A program made the translations under genes and the position numbers. A stretch of 62,497 nt of DNA, filler included, from Asterionella formosa (taxonomy: Eukaryota): NCBI GenBank assembly GCA_002256025.1. It is 18 parts of 18 records of this genome, joined end to end, with 100 filler letters (N's around TTAATTAATTAA, not from the genome) between each part and the next. Parts side by side here need not be neighbours in the genome. Positions count along the whole stretch, not along the records: positions 58,718 to 60,557 come from NKIB01001048.1; positions 60,658 to 62,497 come from NKIB01001049.1; 16 more parts are not named here. One strand, given 5' to 3'. The notes beneath the pieces are model-generated. The model saw only the letters and a program-made list of their open reading frames with translations. It was not told the DNA's origin and made no database searches. This document shows, one piece after another, positions 58,718-62,497 of the stretch (position 1 is the stretch's first letter; the number at the start of each line of letters is the position of its first letter).

Positions 58718-60508
58718 CCCTCGACCCTCAGTCTACATGATGTCAAGGCGAGATAATTGTGGAGTTCATCATCTTTGCTGGCTTCCATTAAAAGATCAAC
58801 AGAGGGAAAGCGACGGTACCTTGTCCACCGAAAATTCAATTGAGCAGAAACCAGACCAACGAATCTTGGAAGTTGCATCTTGGGCTTGTCAGGTATTAAC
58901 TCTCTCCAATCTATCTGGTACTATTAGTACCATATTGTGATCTAGTCCCCTCTCTGCTGCTGCGACAACTAGCAACTTTACCATAGTATGAATTCTAGCA
59001 AATGACACATATAAATTTAAGTATGATTACTACCATATTTTGATCTGTAGACTACCATGATAATCATTGCAATAAATATGTACTGAAGTATCTAAACTAG
59101 CTATCCTCAATCATCAACTGTTACCCTAATTGCCAAATTGTTAATCCCAAACTTCATGCCACGAAGGCCTGACAGATCACTCCAAAATACTTTTTTCTAA
59201 GACTTGACCCTTTAAAATTGAAAGCATGAATCATATGTTTGATTTAAAATAATGGCAATTCTATACAGCTTACTAGGGTATCCTGCTTATGCATAACGCA
59301 ATAACTGTGATTGGCCCCTGGATTTCAGGAATATTGAGCAATTCTTTGTTCAGGACTTAAACAGAGCAGATACACCGTCATAAGCTTTGTTAGCCATCCA
59401 ACCTTGTCACACACTTCTGTAAATTTTTCCAACATATTGTGGTATTTTGATATAGGTACCTGAACACCAATCACTGTTTGACCAGACTTCCAGATCATGT
59501 CGATTTCAGGAAAATTGAAGTTTTGCGTTACATACATTCCATCAATTGCCATGATTTTTTTCGGTAACTCATTTGAGGGAAAGGTTTCAATCAGATTGTA
59601 TTCGTCCAAAGACAAAAACTCTCCAAAGCAACATTTACATTGAGTGAAAAGCGATTCATCGCAATGAGCTCAAAAATCCAACCATGACCATGTGCATCAT
59701 TTTTCAATGTCCTTCCAAAAGAAAATGCAATAGCCTACTAACCCCAAAAGATATAAAGGCTTCAATTTATAAGCCTCCACACCTTCATCAAAAAATGAAT
59801 ACTTCTTTCATAAAACACTCCATTTTCTGGTTCTGACAAAACACAACAAACAGCAGATTCTGCGATACAATCAAACTCTTCCTTTCGTTTCTCATCTCAC
59901 AACTTGTTAAGAGAACATAGAATTGAGGGCAATTAATGCCCTTCATATTCGTCAATAGAAAAATTGAACAAGATCAGATACCTCACTCGCAAGGGGACCC
60001 CAGCAGTCACCTCCTCAATTGCCTCTTCTAATGACTTGTTCAAATTATTGTCATAATCAGGTTGATACCTCCTGTCATTCTCATCTTCGCTGTTGCTTTC
60101 TGTTCCATCTTCACTTTCATTTTCCAAAGCATCCACAATCTGTGCAATTTTTTCTGGTCGTCGGTTCTTCATCATTTGACTTAGAGAGTCATTAAGGTTG
60201 CGCTTTGCTGATTTCAGTTCATGTTCGTCCAACCGATTTTGTGCTTTCAACAATTGCAGTTTATACACTTTATATTCCTGTATATCACACTACAAAATTG
60301 TTCCAAATGAACTGCAAGCTGAGCAGCATCAGATCCATTGATGATTCCATTTGTTGCATTAGCTTCCCAAAGATTCACCTTGAGTTGACATAACATCGTT
60401 GGGAGGTAACGTCGCTTTCCCTTCTGTTGATCTTTTAATGGAAGCCAGCAAAGATGATGAACTCCACAATAATCTCGCCTTGACATCATGTAGACTGAGG
60501 GTCGAGGG
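58718..60508. mobile_element. Long inverted repeats (58718-~58825 and ~60400-60508) enclosing passenger fragments
   Basis: ~100 bp of near-identical inverted arms, with weaker similarity for another ~60 bp. The left arm is cut by the contig end. Confidence 0.65.
59325..59700 (-). pseudogene. Crinkler/RHS-type C-terminal restriction-endonuclease-fold fragment
   Basis: GHGWIFEL followed, after a frameshift, by YVTQNFNFPEIDMIW...VIGVQVPISKYH (G.xFE ... NFP.ID ... Q.x...H pattern). Confidence 0.6.
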
Positions 60509-61582
60509 GTGATCATTCAAGTGCACAAATGCGCTCTGTATCTTCGAATTACAGCGCNNNNNNNNNNNNNNNNNNNNNNNNNNNNNNNNNNNNNNNNNNN
60601 NTTAATTAATTAANNNNNNNNNNNNNNNNNNNNNNNNNNNNNNNNNNNNNNNNNNNNACACTGTCGACTGGTTTTCAATGGTATGTTGTTCTTGTATTCA
60701 CTGTTGAACTTGTCCGCATCTTTGTTACCATCAATAGAGCGACGCAGACGAAGTGGGTCTCTTCATTGTTGTTTGCTCCTGGAAAAGTCCGTGTCCATGT
60801 CCGTGTCATCCTCATCAATAGAGAGACAAGTTCTTTCGTTGGAAAAATTGGTACCCGTGGTATCATCATTCGCTCGTTGGAACCACTGTCCGTTGCCTCA
60901 AACCTGATTAGCGTCTGAGTACCGGTACCCGGTATGTGCACTGTCGACTTTAGTACATTACAGGCGGAGTGACTTCGCTACTAAATTGCGTGATATAATA
61001 ATATACCCTGTAGCACGTCGCAGAATACATTTGCTTCCCAATCATCTCATCATGATTGATAAGATGATACTGTGATATCATGATAGGGTTACATCGATGC
61101 ATACATCACCAAAGTATGATACGTAATATTGAATAAAGTACATCACATAGCTATGATACATTGATCATAAAAATATGATGATTTTATAAAATGTTTATGA
61201 TATAATTTTGATCAAAATATGATCATGTAAAAATAGTACCCTGACAATAAAATACGATAAAATATGTACGCAAGTGTTACCAAGACATCATAGAATATAA
61301 ATCAAGCAATCATAAAGTATGTTAATTATTATATATGTTTGTCGTTTAATGTATACACTTAAAGTCAACAGTTAATATGATAGTATTATACAGTGGATAG
61401 GATCTAAGTATACGGATGCGTTGATATGTACATCACTATAATATGATTTGTGACATGATGGATTGATGCATATCACATACCGGTATCCTCAACAACCAGC
61501 CATCACGTTCATTGTTGTGTCGTCTTTCCTTGTTTTAGCTATATACCGGTATACTGGTGCCGTTTCTTTTGCTCCATCGACC

Positions 61583-61800
61583 GAGTCGGACAGAAGTGTC
61601 ATGTTTATGACAAGTCTCTTCGTTCCAACCACTCCTCATATTCGAAACCGTTTGATTCGTCGTTGTGGCAAGTTTTGTTGTGTTGCGCAGGAAGTCACAA
61701 ATAGGCGGGAGACATCCATCAACCAAGTCGGACAGAAGTGTCAGGTCAGTTCTTGTCACGTCTCTTTGTTCCAACTCCTCTTATTCGAAACCGTTTGATA
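61583..61800 (+). repeat. Imperfect ~75-bp direct repeat (x2)
   Basis: GTCGGACAGAAGTGTCA...TTCGAAACCGTTTGAT at ~61585 and ~61727. Confidence 0.8.
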
Positions 61801-62009
61801 CGGCGGGAAACAACCTTCCTCGCTGTTTCCCAAGTCCAATGGTACCACCAGAATGCAGCAAAGTTTTCTTCCCATTCATGATCCTTGGGACTTCGTCATG
61901 TTGTGGCGTTCTACCCCCTGCTCCATAACCACAGCCACCCTGTTGCGGGCCGTTGCAACGCACGATAATGGGTGGGAGGGGGGGCAGCGCTTTGACTTTC
62001 ACAGCCTCT

Positions 62010-62128
62010 CTACGGAGCTGCGACAGAAAATAATAGGGAAAAACATAGTACCACCATAACCGTACATCGCAGCCTTTACAGAGCTGCGACAGAAAATAAT
62101 AGGGAAAAACATAGTACCACCATAACCA
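62010..62128 (+). repeat. ~50-bp direct repeat (x2)
   Basis: GAGCTGCGACAGAAAATAATAGGGAAAAACATAGTACCACCATAACC at ~62015 and ~62081. Confidence 0.9.
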
Positions 62129-62497
62129 TAGGTGCTACTTAAAGGTGCTGACAAAAGATGTAGACGTACTACCTGGTACCGGTAGTAACTCGTCAGCCTG
62201 GTCCTACATATGGTGTTCTTTTGGTTTTTAGTTTTACGATCATATGATCCTAAAACTATGATGATTTACTGTCCCACTGCAGTAGCAACAGTCCTGTACA
62301 TATGGTGTTCTGTTGCTAGTTTACTACTCCGACTACCCCCAGTATATCACTTACTACCTGCTACTGGTACTCTGTATATATATATGATATATTGTTATTG
62401 TCATATGATGTACCGGTACACATGAAGAGCTCCCAACCAAAAAAGGGGCTTAAACAATTTGCTACCAAAACCCTTGCGGCAATTGAACGGTCTAAAT

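Noticed and set aside
61050..61480. AT-rich region dense in ATCAT/ATGAT words
   Set aside because: Low-complexity sequence with no definable unit, probably decayed subterminal repeats.
62010..62128. Direct repeats resembling a mini CRISPR array (also 52084-52218 and 50952-51020)
   Set aside because: Only two units, or head-to-tail units with no unique spacers. Eukaryotic context and no cas genes.

Overview
This is eukaryotic DNA, most likely a diatom or related photosynthetic stramenopile. Support: ~90-bp GT-AG introns, a bipartite ASAFAP-type plastid presequence, CoDi-like Copia elements, and Crypton, Harbinger and Plavaka relics. It is not one locus. 18 contigs are joined by 17 artificial 100-bp spacers (N44-TTAATTAATTAA-N44): seventeen contigs of ~1.84-1.85 kb and one of 29.4 kb (17544-46964). 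Adjacency across spacers means nothing. Recognisable genes: PDAT (3' part), CWC27 (3' part), an intron-containing metzincin protease, a 1099-aa ZnF-ARM-LRR-ZnF-ARM repeat protein with a decayed tandem duplicate of its 3' end, a probably plastid-targeted mitochondrial-carrier-family protein, a doubly frameshifted S28 peptidase, an ERMARD/DUF4209-like protein, a mucin-like repeat protein and an ankyrin-like protein. The rest is largely transposons and their relics. Highlights: (1) a full-length Copia (23263-30080) whose ends, fixed independently by TSD, empty site, PBS and PPT, are 5'-AG...GT-3' rather than TG...CA; (2) a ~195-bp LTR family whose three copies all sit in a GGTA-CCWGG-TACC-like palindromic target, a motif very common in intergenic DNA here; (3) a receptor-like ARM/LRR gene with a variable di-residue and signs of repeat shuffling; (4) a Crinkler-type nuclease fragment between long inverted repeats. 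All family assignments come from motif recognition by eye; no searches were run.
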